NCBI GenBank assembly: GCA_021769035.1
Contig: JAETTP010000004.1
Coordinates: forward strand, 10 to 64,009
Direction: 5' to 3'
Source of the DNA: Bacillota bacterium
GTDB taxonomy: Bacteria; Bacillota; Dehalobacteriia; UBA4068; UBA4997
DNA: 64,000 bases
Shown: piece after piece, positions 49,806-58,107 of the stretch
How positions within the stretch are numbered: position 1 is the first letter of the stretch
Layout of the letters: each line of letters begins with the position of its first letter
Notes under the pieces: generated by a model
What the model was told of the DNA's origin: nothing
What the model saw: the letters and a program-made list of their open reading frames with translations, nothing else
Database searches by the model: none
Program-made: the position numbers and the translations under genes

Positions 49806-51086
49806 TCAGCCCTCGCTGATAGCCGCCACCGGCTCCAGCTTGGCCGCCTTGCCTGCCGGATAAAGACCAAAAATTACGCCAACCAGCATTGCTGCAACCG
49901 CCGCCAGCAAAGCCGGCAACAGCAAAGACGGCAAATTCAACAAATCAGGGCTGAAAAGCAGCTGGCCGGCATAACCAATCGGCACGCTGCCCATAAAACG
50001 GCAAACCAGCCAACCGGCAGGCAGGCCCAACGCCACGCCCAGCAGCGCGCCCAGGCCGCTGGTGCAAACGGCCTCCAGCAAAAACTGCCGGCGGATTTCC
50101 CCAGCCGTGGCCCCAAAAGCCCGCCGGACGCCAATTTCCCGCTTGCGCTCCTGCACGGCGGCCAGCATCACGTTCATAATCCCAACGCCGCCCACCAGCA
50201 GCACAAACCCGGAAAGGCCAAGCAATTTGCCCACCAGACCAAAAACGCACTCCCGGTCATATTTTTGCGAGGTGCGATTGCTTAGGGAAAACAGCAGGGT
50301 GGTTTCCCCGTGCGGCCGGCCGCTGACCTCCGCCAGCAGCGCGCGCACTGTGTCGCGTCCATTGATGATGTTATCCGTGCTGTTCAGGTTCACGTAGTAA
50401 ATATCCAGATAAAATTCCTCGTTTTCCCGCAGCGGCACCAAAATTTCCCCGGTCAGCTGTTTGGCGCTGGTGTAAGGAATATAGGTGCGATAATTGCCCT
50501 CCTCCAAATCAGGCTTAATTTCGCCAAAAACACCGATTACCGTAAAATTCTGCCCGCAGATTTTCACCGTTTGGCCCAGGGCCTGCTCATAATCCTGACA
50601 GCCCAAAAGCTCCGCAGCCACCGCGCTGCCCACCACGCACACATTTTGGCGGCGGCTGACGTCCAGCGGCTGCAAAAAACGCCCCGCCGCCACCTGGCAG
50701 GCCGGCTTCATACTCAAAAACTGCTCGCTAACCCCTTGCACCGTGGCCTTTTCCAAGGTTTCCCCGTTATAGCGCAGGTTGGGCTCCTCCACAAAAACCA
50801 GGGGCGATACCGCCGTTATGTACTCGGAGCTTTCCACCAGCCCCTCCATATCCTCCACCGTCACCCGCGGCGATTTCTCTGCACTCACGTAAACGCCCAT
50901 ATACATCAGGCTGGGGCTGTAGGCGGAATAAAACTTGCCCACGCCTTGCAGCAAATTGCTGCCCATACATAAAATAACCACCGCAGCCGCCACGCCAATC
51001 ACCATTCCCAGCGTGGTTTGGGCAAAACGTAGCTTGTTGGCCCGCAAATTGCGCCAGGCCATCGACAAACCCTGCCGAACATCCAT
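49806..51086 (-). CDS. FtsX/MacB-type ABC transporter permease, paralog 4
   Basis: Start reassigned to the ATG at 51084-51086 (MDVRQG...), which has a GGAGGTG RBS and removes the overlap with paralog 5. Confidence 0.85.
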   Translation of the reverse strand: MDVRQGLSMAWRNLRANKLRFAQTTLGMVIGVAAAVVILCMGSNLLQGVGKFYSAYSPSLMYMGVYVSAEKSPRVTVEDMEGLVESSEYITAVSPLVFVEEPNLRYNGETLEKATVQGVSEQFLSMKPACQVAAGRFLQPLDVSRRQNVCVVGSAVAAELLGCQDYEQALGQTVKICGQNFTVIGVFGEIKPDLEEGNYRTYIPYTSAKQLTGEILVPLRENEEFYLDIYYVNLNSTDNIINGRDTVRALLAEVSGRPHGETTLLFSLSNRTSQKYDRECVFGLVGKLLGLSGFVLLVGGVGIMNVMLAAVQERKREIGVRRAFGATAGEIRRQFLLEAVCTSGLGALLGVALGLPAGWLVCRFMGSVPIGYAGQLLFSPDLLNLPSLLLPALLAAVAAMLVGVIFGLYPAGKAAKLEPVAAISEG

Positions 51087-51111
51087 AATTAACACCTCCA
51101 TAAATTTAAGC

Positions 51112-52383
51112 TCATAAACCCTCGTTGATAGCAACCACCGGCTCTATTTTGGCCGCCTGCCGGGCCGGATAGGTGCCGAATATCATACCCACGCCAACCG
51201 AAACGGCCAGGGCCAGCAGAATCGGCCAGGCACTCAAGGCAATATCCAAGTATGCCGTAGGATAAGTTACGCCCGTAGCGTCAAAACTTATACTATCAAA
51301 AAGCACCGGAACAGCAAAGCTGGCCACCTCGCCCAGAACAACGCCAACCACACCGCCAAGCAAGCTTGTAATTATCGCCTCTAACATAAACTGGCGCTGA
51401 ATATCCTTATTAGTAGCGCCAAATGCCTTGCGAATCCCAATCTCTTTGGTGCGCTCCCGTACACTGGCCAGCATTACGTTCATAATGCCCACGCCGCCAA
51501 CCAGCAAAACACCACTAGCCCCCAACATCAGGTTAAAACCCAAGGAATAAGTGCCGCCTTTACCGGCCTCATAAAAAAACAATTCGCTGGCGCAGGTTAA
51601 AAACCACTTATCAATATTAGCCTCCTCACCCACTATCGCCGACACCTCCTGCTCTACGGCCCTGCGGGCGTTGCCGATATTATCCACGCCGTTGGCAAAA
51701 AGCACAAAACGGTTTGAATAGTAATCGCCTAGATAACCCTTTCCTATCCTCTCACCGGTTATTTTAAGGGCGTTGGTATAAGGCAGATATATATGCTCTT
51801 CATTATTTGAGCGTCCTGATTTTTCCATTATGCCAACCACTGTACAATTTACACCCCAAATTTTCAGCGTTTTGCCCAAAGCGTCGCCGCCCATAAGCTC
51901 ATTGGCAATATCGCTGCTCACCACGCAAACGTTTTGTTCCCGGCGGCAATCCATATACTGGATAAAACGCCCCTCGGCCAGTTTTTCATTAGGCGTAGCG
52001 TTTAGATAATTTTCATTTACGCCAACAAAGATAGCCTCGTCAAAACATTTATCGCCATACCAGATATTGCCACCCAAAGTATGGTCATATACAAAAGGCG
52101 AAACCGCCACAATGGTCTCCGGATATTTGGCGGCAATTTCGTCCATATCCTCAATGGTTATCGGCCTGTTAAGCTCCAGTCTGGTAGCAATATACATATG
52201 CATAACGCTGAAACTTTCCGGGTTCCAAATCTCTTCCATCAGATTGAGTAATACTTGACAGATATTGCCGGTTGCCACAATCGCCGCCACGCCAATCATC
52301 ATTGCCAGCGTAGTCTGGGCAAAGCGCATTTTGTTGACGCACAAATTCCTGATTGCTGCAAAAAAGCTTTGTTTAATATCCAC
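51112..52383 (-). CDS. FtsX/MacB-type ABC transporter permease, paralog 5
   Basis: Same architecture. GTG start with an AAGGAGGG RBS. Confidence 0.85.
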   Translation of the reverse strand: MDIKQSFFAAIRNLCVNKMRFAQTTLAMMIGVAAIVATGNICQVLLNLMEEIWNPESFSVMHMYIATRLELNRPITIEDMDEIAAKYPETIVAVSPFVYDHTLGGNIWYGDKCFDEAIFVGVNENYLNATPNEKLAEGRFIQYMDCRREQNVCVVSSDIANELMGGDALGKTLKIWGVNCTVVGIMEKSGRSNNEEHIYLPYTNALKITGERIGKGYLGDYYSNRFVLFANGVDNIGNARRAVEQEVSAIVGEEANIDKWFLTCASELFFYEAGKGGTYSLGFNLMLGASGVLLVGGVGIMNVMLASVRERTKEIGIRKAFGATNKDIQRQFMLEAIITSLLGGVVGVVLGEVASFAVPVLFDSISFDATGVTYPTAYLDIALSAWPILLALAVSVGVGMIFGTYPARQAAKIEPVVAINEGL

Positions 52384-52418
52384 AAAACACCCTCCTTATT
52401 AACTTCTCTTAATCGCTA

Positions 52419-53648
52419 TCAGCTTTCGTTGATAGCCGCCACCGGCTCCAGCTTGGCCGCCTGCTGAGCCGGATAGGTGCCAAAGATTACGCCAACCGAC
52501 ACCGAAAGCCCCAAAGCCAGCAAAATCGGCCAGGCTGTTATGTGAATATCTAACTCAGACACAGGAAAACCAAAAACACTAAAGTCAAGCAGCCAAGGCG
52601 CGGCAAAGCTTAACATCACACCAAAAACCAGGCCTAAAAAACCGCCAAACAGGCTGGTTATCAAGGCCTCCAGCCTAAATTGCCAGTGGATATTTTTATT
52701 TGTCGCGCCAAAGGCCTTGCGTATGCCAATTTCTTTGGTGCGCACCTCCACGCTGGCTATCATCACATTCATAACGCCCACGCCGCCCAGCAGCAGCACA
52801 AGCAAAGCCAGCAGAAAATACTTGTAAACCTGACTGACGGCATAACCAATGACATCTTCCTTAACAAATTGATAACTTAAAAACGTCATAGACCAATTAT
52901 CCTTACCCAGCAGTTTATCTATCTCCTCCTGGATCAAATTACGCACGTTACCGATATTTTCCATACCGTTAGCCTTAACCTCAAAACGGTCAGCATAATA
53001 TTTATTTTCCTGATAACCGGTGCGAATAACATCGCCAACCATTTTGCGCGCGCAGGTATACGGCAGAAATATCAGCCCCGCTGTGTTATCGTCATCAACC
53101 CCCACCACCGTAAAATTATATCCGTCAATATTCAGGGTTTTACCCAAGGCATCGCCGCCCAGCAGTTTATCGGCAATGTCCGTGCCAACCACGCACACGT
53201 TTTGCTCCCGCCGGCAATCCATATACTGAATAAAACGGCCCTCCTTGAGCTTTACGCAGTGCATATCAGCATACTGTTCATTTACGCCAAAGTAATTGCC
53301 TTTTTTGTAAATTTTATCACCGTATCGCACATTACAATAGATTGAATCAGCAACAATATACGGTGAAACTCCTAAAATAATATCGGGGTTAGCTTCGGCA
53401 ATTTTTTCCAAATCCTCAATAGTCGCCCGTTTGTTTGAATCAACCCGGCTGCTGATATATATATTGTTATTGCTCATAATGTCCGGCGTCCAGGAAGTTT
53501 CCACCTGCTGAATCAACACCTGACAAGTATTGCCAAGAACGATAAACGCCGCCACGGCCACAATCAGAGCAAACATAGCCTGTATTGAGCGCCGCTTGTT
53601 GGCATACAAATTGCGCGCCGCATTCAAAAAACTCTGTTTTATATCCAC
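52419..53648 (-). CDS. FtsX/MacB-type ABC transporter permease, paralog 6
   Basis: Same architecture. Its 3-prime end and downstream intergenic region are identical to those of paralog 7. Confidence 0.85.
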   Translation of the reverse strand: MDIKQSFLNAARNLYANKRRSIQAMFALIVAVAAFIVLGNTCQVLIQQVETSWTPDIMSNNNIYISSRVDSNKRATIEDLEKIAEANPDIILGVSPYIVADSIYCNVRYGDKIYKKGNYFGVNEQYADMHCVKLKEGRFIQYMDCRREQNVCVVGTDIADKLLGGDALGKTLNIDGYNFTVVGVDDDNTAGLIFLPYTCARKMVGDVIRTGYQENKYYADRFEVKANGMENIGNVRNLIQEEIDKLLGKDNWSMTFLSYQFVKEDVIGYAVSQVYKYFLLALLVLLLGGVGVMNVMIASVEVRTKEIGIRKAFGATNKNIHWQFRLEALITSLFGGFLGLVFGVMLSFAAPWLLDFSVFGFPVSELDIHITAWPILLALGLSVSVGVIFGTYPAQQAAKLEPVAAINES

Positions 53649-53685
53649 AAAAAACGCCCTCCTTATTAACTTCTCTTAATCGCTA

Positions 53686-54912
53686 TCAGCTTTCGTTGAT
53701 AGCCGCCACCGGCTCCAGCTTGGCCGCCTGTTTGGCGGGATAAGTGCCGGAAAGCAGGCCGACCAGTATCGTAATCGCAAAGGCAGCCAACATCGGCCAA
53801 ACAGTACCTGTTATATAAGTTAAAGGCGAATGGCTTGTAAGAAAAATCCCAAGAATTATGCCAAAGCCAACTGCCACCCCCAGCAGGCCGCCAATCAAAC
53901 CGGTAATCACCGCCTCCAGCATAAACTGACGCTTAATATCATTGGCAGTGGCTCCAAAGGCTTTCCGAATGCCAATTTCCTTAGTGCGGGCCTGCACACT
54001 GGCCAGCATAACGTTCATAATGCCCACGCCGCCCACCAACAGCGCCACCACAGAAAACAGCAGGTACGTACACATAGTTTGATAAACATCTATTTTGGAC
54101 ATTTCCTCAAAATAGCGGTAAGAGGCTGAAATATAATACCAATCCCGGTTGATCTGCCCCAAACGCTCCGCCAGCATATCCGTCGCGGCCAACCGAGCGT
54201 TGGCGATATTTTCAACGCCATTAGCTTTAATATAATAGCTATCTACGTAAAATTCACCCTGCAAATCGTACCTTGGCGTGGTAACCTCACCCTGCACGCG
54301 CTTCATAATCGTATACGGCAGCATAATGCAGCGATTGTAATCCGCAGCGCCCATATCCAACACGCCAATCACCTTGTAATCCGCCCCCCAAAGGCGCAGC
54401 GTTTGGCCTAAAATTTCATTGTTATTATTATAATTTAACGCATAGCCAACCACGCACACCCTTTGCTCCCGGTCAATCTCCATAGGTTTAAAAAAACGTC
54501 CCGCAGCCAGCCGCAAACTGCTCATCGTGCCCAGATAATTTTCATCAACCCCAAAAACGTTGTACTCCGCAGCTTCTCCCGCGGCCCCTTTAAGGGACAC
54601 CGGCAGGCCGGAATTAATATGCGGGCTCACCGCCTTAATAAACTCCGGGTTATCCGCAGCCAGTTGGCGCATATCCTCAATGCCTACCCTTTTGGTGTTA
54701 TTTATATTTGTCATCACCATAAAGTGCATAGTGTCCGGGCTGTTATATTGCTTATAGACGAACTCCACCACGTCAAAGGTTGCCGGTATAATATTCAGCA
54801 TTACAATAACGCTTGCCGTCCCCATAACAATCCCCAACACCGCCTGCAAACAACGCCACTTGTTGGCAAATAAATTGCGCATAGCCGTCCTAAACGTCTG
54901 CTTAATATCCAC
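53686..54912 (-). CDS. FtsX/MacB-type ABC transporter permease, paralog 7
   Basis: Same architecture. GTG start, 32 nt downstream of the ATPase gene. Confidence 0.85.
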   Translation of the reverse strand: MDIKQTFRTAMRNLFANKWRCLQAVLGIVMGTASVIVMLNIIPATFDVVEFVYKQYNSPDTMHFMVMTNINNTKRVGIEDMRQLAADNPEFIKAVSPHINSGLPVSLKGAAGEAAEYNVFGVDENYLGTMSSLRLAAGRFFKPMEIDREQRVCVVGYALNYNNNNEILGQTLRLWGADYKVIGVLDMGAADYNRCIMLPYTIMKRVQGEVTTPRYDLQGEFYVDSYYIKANGVENIANARLAATDMLAERLGQINRDWYYISASYRYFEEMSKIDVYQTMCTYLLFSVVALLVGGVGIMNVMLASVQARTKEIGIRKAFGATANDIKRQFMLEAVITGLIGGLLGVAVGFGIILGIFLTSHSPLTYITGTVWPMLAAFAITILVGLLSGTYPAKQAAKLEPVAAINES

Positions 54913-54944
54913 AAACGATCACCAGCCCTTTCCCCAAACCGCGC

Positions 54945-55679
54945 TCAGCCCTCCGCCGCCACCACGGCCTCCGCGCCGTCGGCCGGCCCGTCGTAGACGA
55001 TTTTACCGTCCTCCAGCCGCACAATCCGCTGCGCCTGCCGGGCAATGGCATTGTCGTGCGTAATCAGCACCACGGTGCGCCCCTCAGCGTTCAGCTGCTG
55101 CAAATAGCCCAGCACCTCCCGGCCAGTTTGGCTGTCCAGCGCGCCGGTGGGCTCGTCCGCCAAAATCACCGCCGGCTCCCCGGCCAAAGCCCTGGCAATC
55201 GCCACCCGCTGCTGCTGGCCGCCGGAAAGCTGATTGGGCACGTTGGCCGCCTTGTCCGCCAACCCCACCTTTTCCAGAAGCTGCAAGGAGCGCTTGTGCC
55301 GCTCCCCAGCCGGCATACCGGCGTATAACATCGCCAACTCCACATTCTCGCAAAGGTTCAGCTTGGGTATCAGGTTATACTGCTGGAAAATGAAGCCCAG
55401 CGTTTTGTTGCGCAACTTAGCCTTAGCGTTATCGTCCATTGCCAAAACGTCCTCACCGGCCAGATGATAGCTGCCGGAGGTGGGCACGTCCAGGCAGCCG
55501 ATTATGTTCATGCAAGTGGATTTGCCGCTGCCGCTGGCCCCCACAATCGCCACAAACTCCCCCCGGCAGATTTCCAGCGTCACCCCGTCCAGGGCGTGCA
55601 CCGCAGTTTCCCCCGTTTGGTAAATCTTAAAAACCTCCTGCAATTTAATCAACGCTTCGCCATTTTTTACTTCACTCAT
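54945..55679 (-). CDS. ABC transporter ATP-binding protein (MacB/LolD-type nucleotide-binding domain)
   Basis: Walker [10 protein letters not shown], signature [15 protein letters not shown] and Walker [12 protein letters not shown]. Confidence 0.9.
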   Translation of the reverse strand: MSEVKNGEALIKLQEVFKIYQTGETAVHALDGVTLEICRGEFVAIVGASGSGKSTCMNIIGCLDVPTSGSYHLAGEDVLAMDDNAKAKLRNKTLGFIFQQYNLIPKLNLCENVELAMLYAGMPAGERHKRSLQLLEKVGLADKAANVPNQLSGGQQQRVAIARALAGEPAVILADEPTGALDSQTGREVLGYLQQLNAEGRTVVLITHDNAIARQAQRIVRLEDGKIVYDGPADGAEAVVAAEG

Positions 55680-55702
55680 TTTAAAAGCCTCCTTTTGTAT
55701 TA

Positions 55703-57214
55703 TCAGCTGCCGCTCCCATTGGGCACGGCAATCTTTTCGCCCTCCCGAACGCCGGAGATGACCTCCACATAGTAATCGTCGTTCAGGCCCAGCTCCAGCT
55801 GCCGCCAGCAGTAGCCGGGCAAATCGCTGGCCTCGCCATTGCTGCCCTCGACCAGCAACATATTTCCCCGGCTGATTGCATTCATCGGCACCAGCAGCAC
55901 GTCCTCCGCCTGCTGCAAAACCACCTCGGCATTAATATTCATACCCGGCAGCAACGCGCCAAACTCATCTAAAGTTACGGTAATCGGGTAAGTGGTTACG
56001 CCGTTGCTGCTGCTGCCCTTAATGCTGATTTTGCTGACGCGGCCGGTAAACTCCTGGCCGTCCAGCGCGTCCGCCACCACCTGCACCGGCTGGCCCACCT
56101 GCATCAGGCCAATGTCCAGCTCGTCAACATTCATCACAAACTCCAATTTACTCATATCGTAAATAACCGCCATTTCACTGGCATTGTTGTTGCTGTCTAT
56201 GGTGTCGCCCTGGTTGAACTTTTTTTCAATCACGGTGCCGGCAATCGGCGATTTAATGCTGTAATCCTCCAGCGCCGCCCGGGCGTTTTCCAGCTCCAGC
56301 CGGGCCCGTTGCAGCTCGTTTTCCACGCTTTCATCACTCAGCCGCACCAACGCCTGCCCGGCCCGCACATTGTCGCCCTCGGCCACCAAAATTTCCGCCA
56401 CGTCGCCGCTGCTTTTGGCCAAAACCTGTTCGCTGTAGGCATATTCCAGCAGGCCGCTGCGCACGCCGGCAAAGCCGCCGGCCTCCGCCTGTGCCCAATC
56501 GCCCTCCTGCAAGCCGCCGGGATTGCTCAGGCTAATCGTCACCTTATGGGTAAGCGCGCCGGCGCTCACCTGCTCCACCGGGGAAACCTCCAGGATTTGC
56601 CCCTCAAGGCGCTCGCCCGTTTTTTCCACAATCACCGCCGCCGTCTGGCCGGCTTGCAGCTGCTGGGCCTCCTCCGTTTTGAAAGGGGCCTCCAGCAGCA
56701 TTTTTTCCCTATCACGCAGGTAAACAAGCTGTGTGCCAACGCTCACATTGTCGCCAACCGCGCAGTGGATTTTCACCACCTGCCCGTCCGCCGGGGCCGT
56801 CACGTTCAGCTTGGCCGCGTCCGCCTGGGCCTCCGCCAAATTCAGCTGGGCCAATGTGTAGTTATTTTGGGCCCAGCCCGCATCAATCTGATAGAGCAGC
56901 TGGCCGGCCTCAATCACATCGCCCTCGCTGAAAGGGGCGCTTAAAACATCCCCCGTCACCAGGGCTTTCACGGTGTAGGAATTCACCGGCTGCACCGTGC
57001 CCACCCCCTCCAGGGTGGAGATAATGCTGCCCCGCTCCACCAGCTGATAGCGATAGGCCGGGGCCTCTCCCTGCTGCTCCGCCTGGCTTTGGCTGAAAAA
57101 CCACCAGCCGCCGGCTGCGGCCGCCGCCAGCAGCAGAATTAGCAGCCAAAGCCAGACTTTGCTGCCAGTTTTTGTGCCCACTGATCCCCGATCAGCGCTT
57201 TTGCCTGTAAACAT
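55703..57214 (-). CDS. HlyD/MacA-type periplasmic adaptor (membrane fusion protein)
   Basis: N-terminal TM anchor, coiled-coil, and lipoyl/barrel-like segments typical of membrane fusion proteins. Confidence 0.85.
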   Translation of the reverse strand: MFTGKSADRGSVGTKTGSKVWLWLLILLLAAAAAGGWWFFSQSQAEQQGEAPAYRYQLVERGSIISTLEGVGTVQPVNSYTVKALVTGDVLSAPFSEGDVIEAGQLLYQIDAGWAQNNYTLAQLNLAEAQADAAKLNVTAPADGQVVKIHCAVGDNVSVGTQLVYLRDREKMLLEAPFKTEEAQQLQAGQTAAVIVEKTGERLEGQILEVSPVEQVSAGALTHKVTISLSNPGGLQEGDWAQAEAGGFAGVRSGLLEYAYSEQVLAKSSGDVAEILVAEGDNVRAGQALVRLSDESVENELQRARLELENARAALEDYSIKSPIAGTVIEKKFNQGDTIDSNNNASEMAVIYDMSKLEFVMNVDELDIGLMQVGQPVQVVADALDGQEFTGRVSKISIKGSSSNGVTTYPITVTLDEFGALLPGMNINAEVVLQQAEDVLLVPMNAISRGNMLLVEGSNGEASDLPGYCWRQLELGLNDDYYVEVISGVREGEKIAVPNGSGS

Positions 57215-57231
57215 TTGTTTACACCTCCACT

Positions 57232-57939
57232 TTAATCAGATCCCCGCTCCTCCTGCTTGGCCTCTTTGCGCAGATTTTCCGGTTTTTCCGTGTTCTCCAA
57301 CAACTCGTCAATAGCCTGAAAATACATATGATCCAAGGTTGAGCTAAAATAAAGCAACGGTAAAAAAATACTCAATAAAACAAAAAACATTACAGTGTCC
57401 AAAATAAAGCTTTCAAATAGCAGAACCGCACCGATAAACAGCAAAAAACGCCCTTTGTTCAGATAGATAATCCCGCCAAGCGCCACCGCTATTATCAAAA
57501 TAGCCAGCAAAACTAAGTGGGTCGACATCTCATAATAACCATCCAGCAGGTGTTCGTTCAGGTTTTTTAACACATTGAGGTTAAAAAAGCCGGCGATAAG
57601 TATAGCCAGAACCGTAAGGCTCAAACCACGAGAAAGCCAGCGGGTTTCCCTAATCTCCCGGATTTTTTCAATCAGCTGCATTGTTTTCAGCAGCTGCGCG
57701 TCCGCCTCCCGTTTATATTCCTCCTCCGCAAAGCGGTCCCCAGCCATCAGCTCATTAACGCTGACGCCCAGCACCTCCGCCAGGCTGGGGATAATCGCCA
57801 GCTCCGGCATATAATTGCCGTTTTCCCAACGGGAAACCGTTTTGTTGGTAACGCCCAGCATCTCCCCCAGCTGGGCCTGCGTCCAGCCCTTTTGCTTGCG
57901 CAACTCCGCCACAAATTTACCAATCTTAACCTGATCCAT
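57232..57939 (-). CDS. Membrane-anchored XRE-family HTH regulator (BcrR-like architecture)
   Basis: N-terminal HTH_3 (KGWTQAQLGEMLGVTNKTVSRWENG) followed by three or four predicted TM helices. It is the first gene of the transporter operon. Confidence 0.8.
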   Translation of the reverse strand: MDQVKIGKFVAELRKQKGWTQAQLGEMLGVTNKTVSRWENGNYMPELAIIPSLAEVLGVSVNELMAGDRFAEEEYKREADAQLLKTMQLIEKIREIRETRWLSRGLSLTVLAILIAGFFNLNVLKNLNEHLLDGYYEMSTHLVLLAILIIAVALGGIIYLNKGRFLLFIGAVLLFESFILDTVMFFVLLSIFLPLLYFSSTLDHMYFQAIDELLENTEKPENLRKEAKQEERGSD

Positions 57940-58107
57940 TACAACCTCCGTCTATTCTCTACTGATTATTATAGCAATAAAGGCCCAATTTGTATTCCCC
58001 GCAAAAAGCGAATTAGTCAATTTCGTCCTTTTTCTGCCTTTCAAAGATTACCCACAAACAGCGAATGCCCAGCTACAGGCGTTGTCATCTCTAATTGTCC
58101 CCAGGAA

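Noticed and set aside
46048-54912. Permease array considered as a CRISPR-like or diversity-generating retroelement target array
   Set aside because: No short regular repeat-spacer structure, no reverse transcriptase and no template repeat are present. The repeats are whole paralogous genes with shared junctions.
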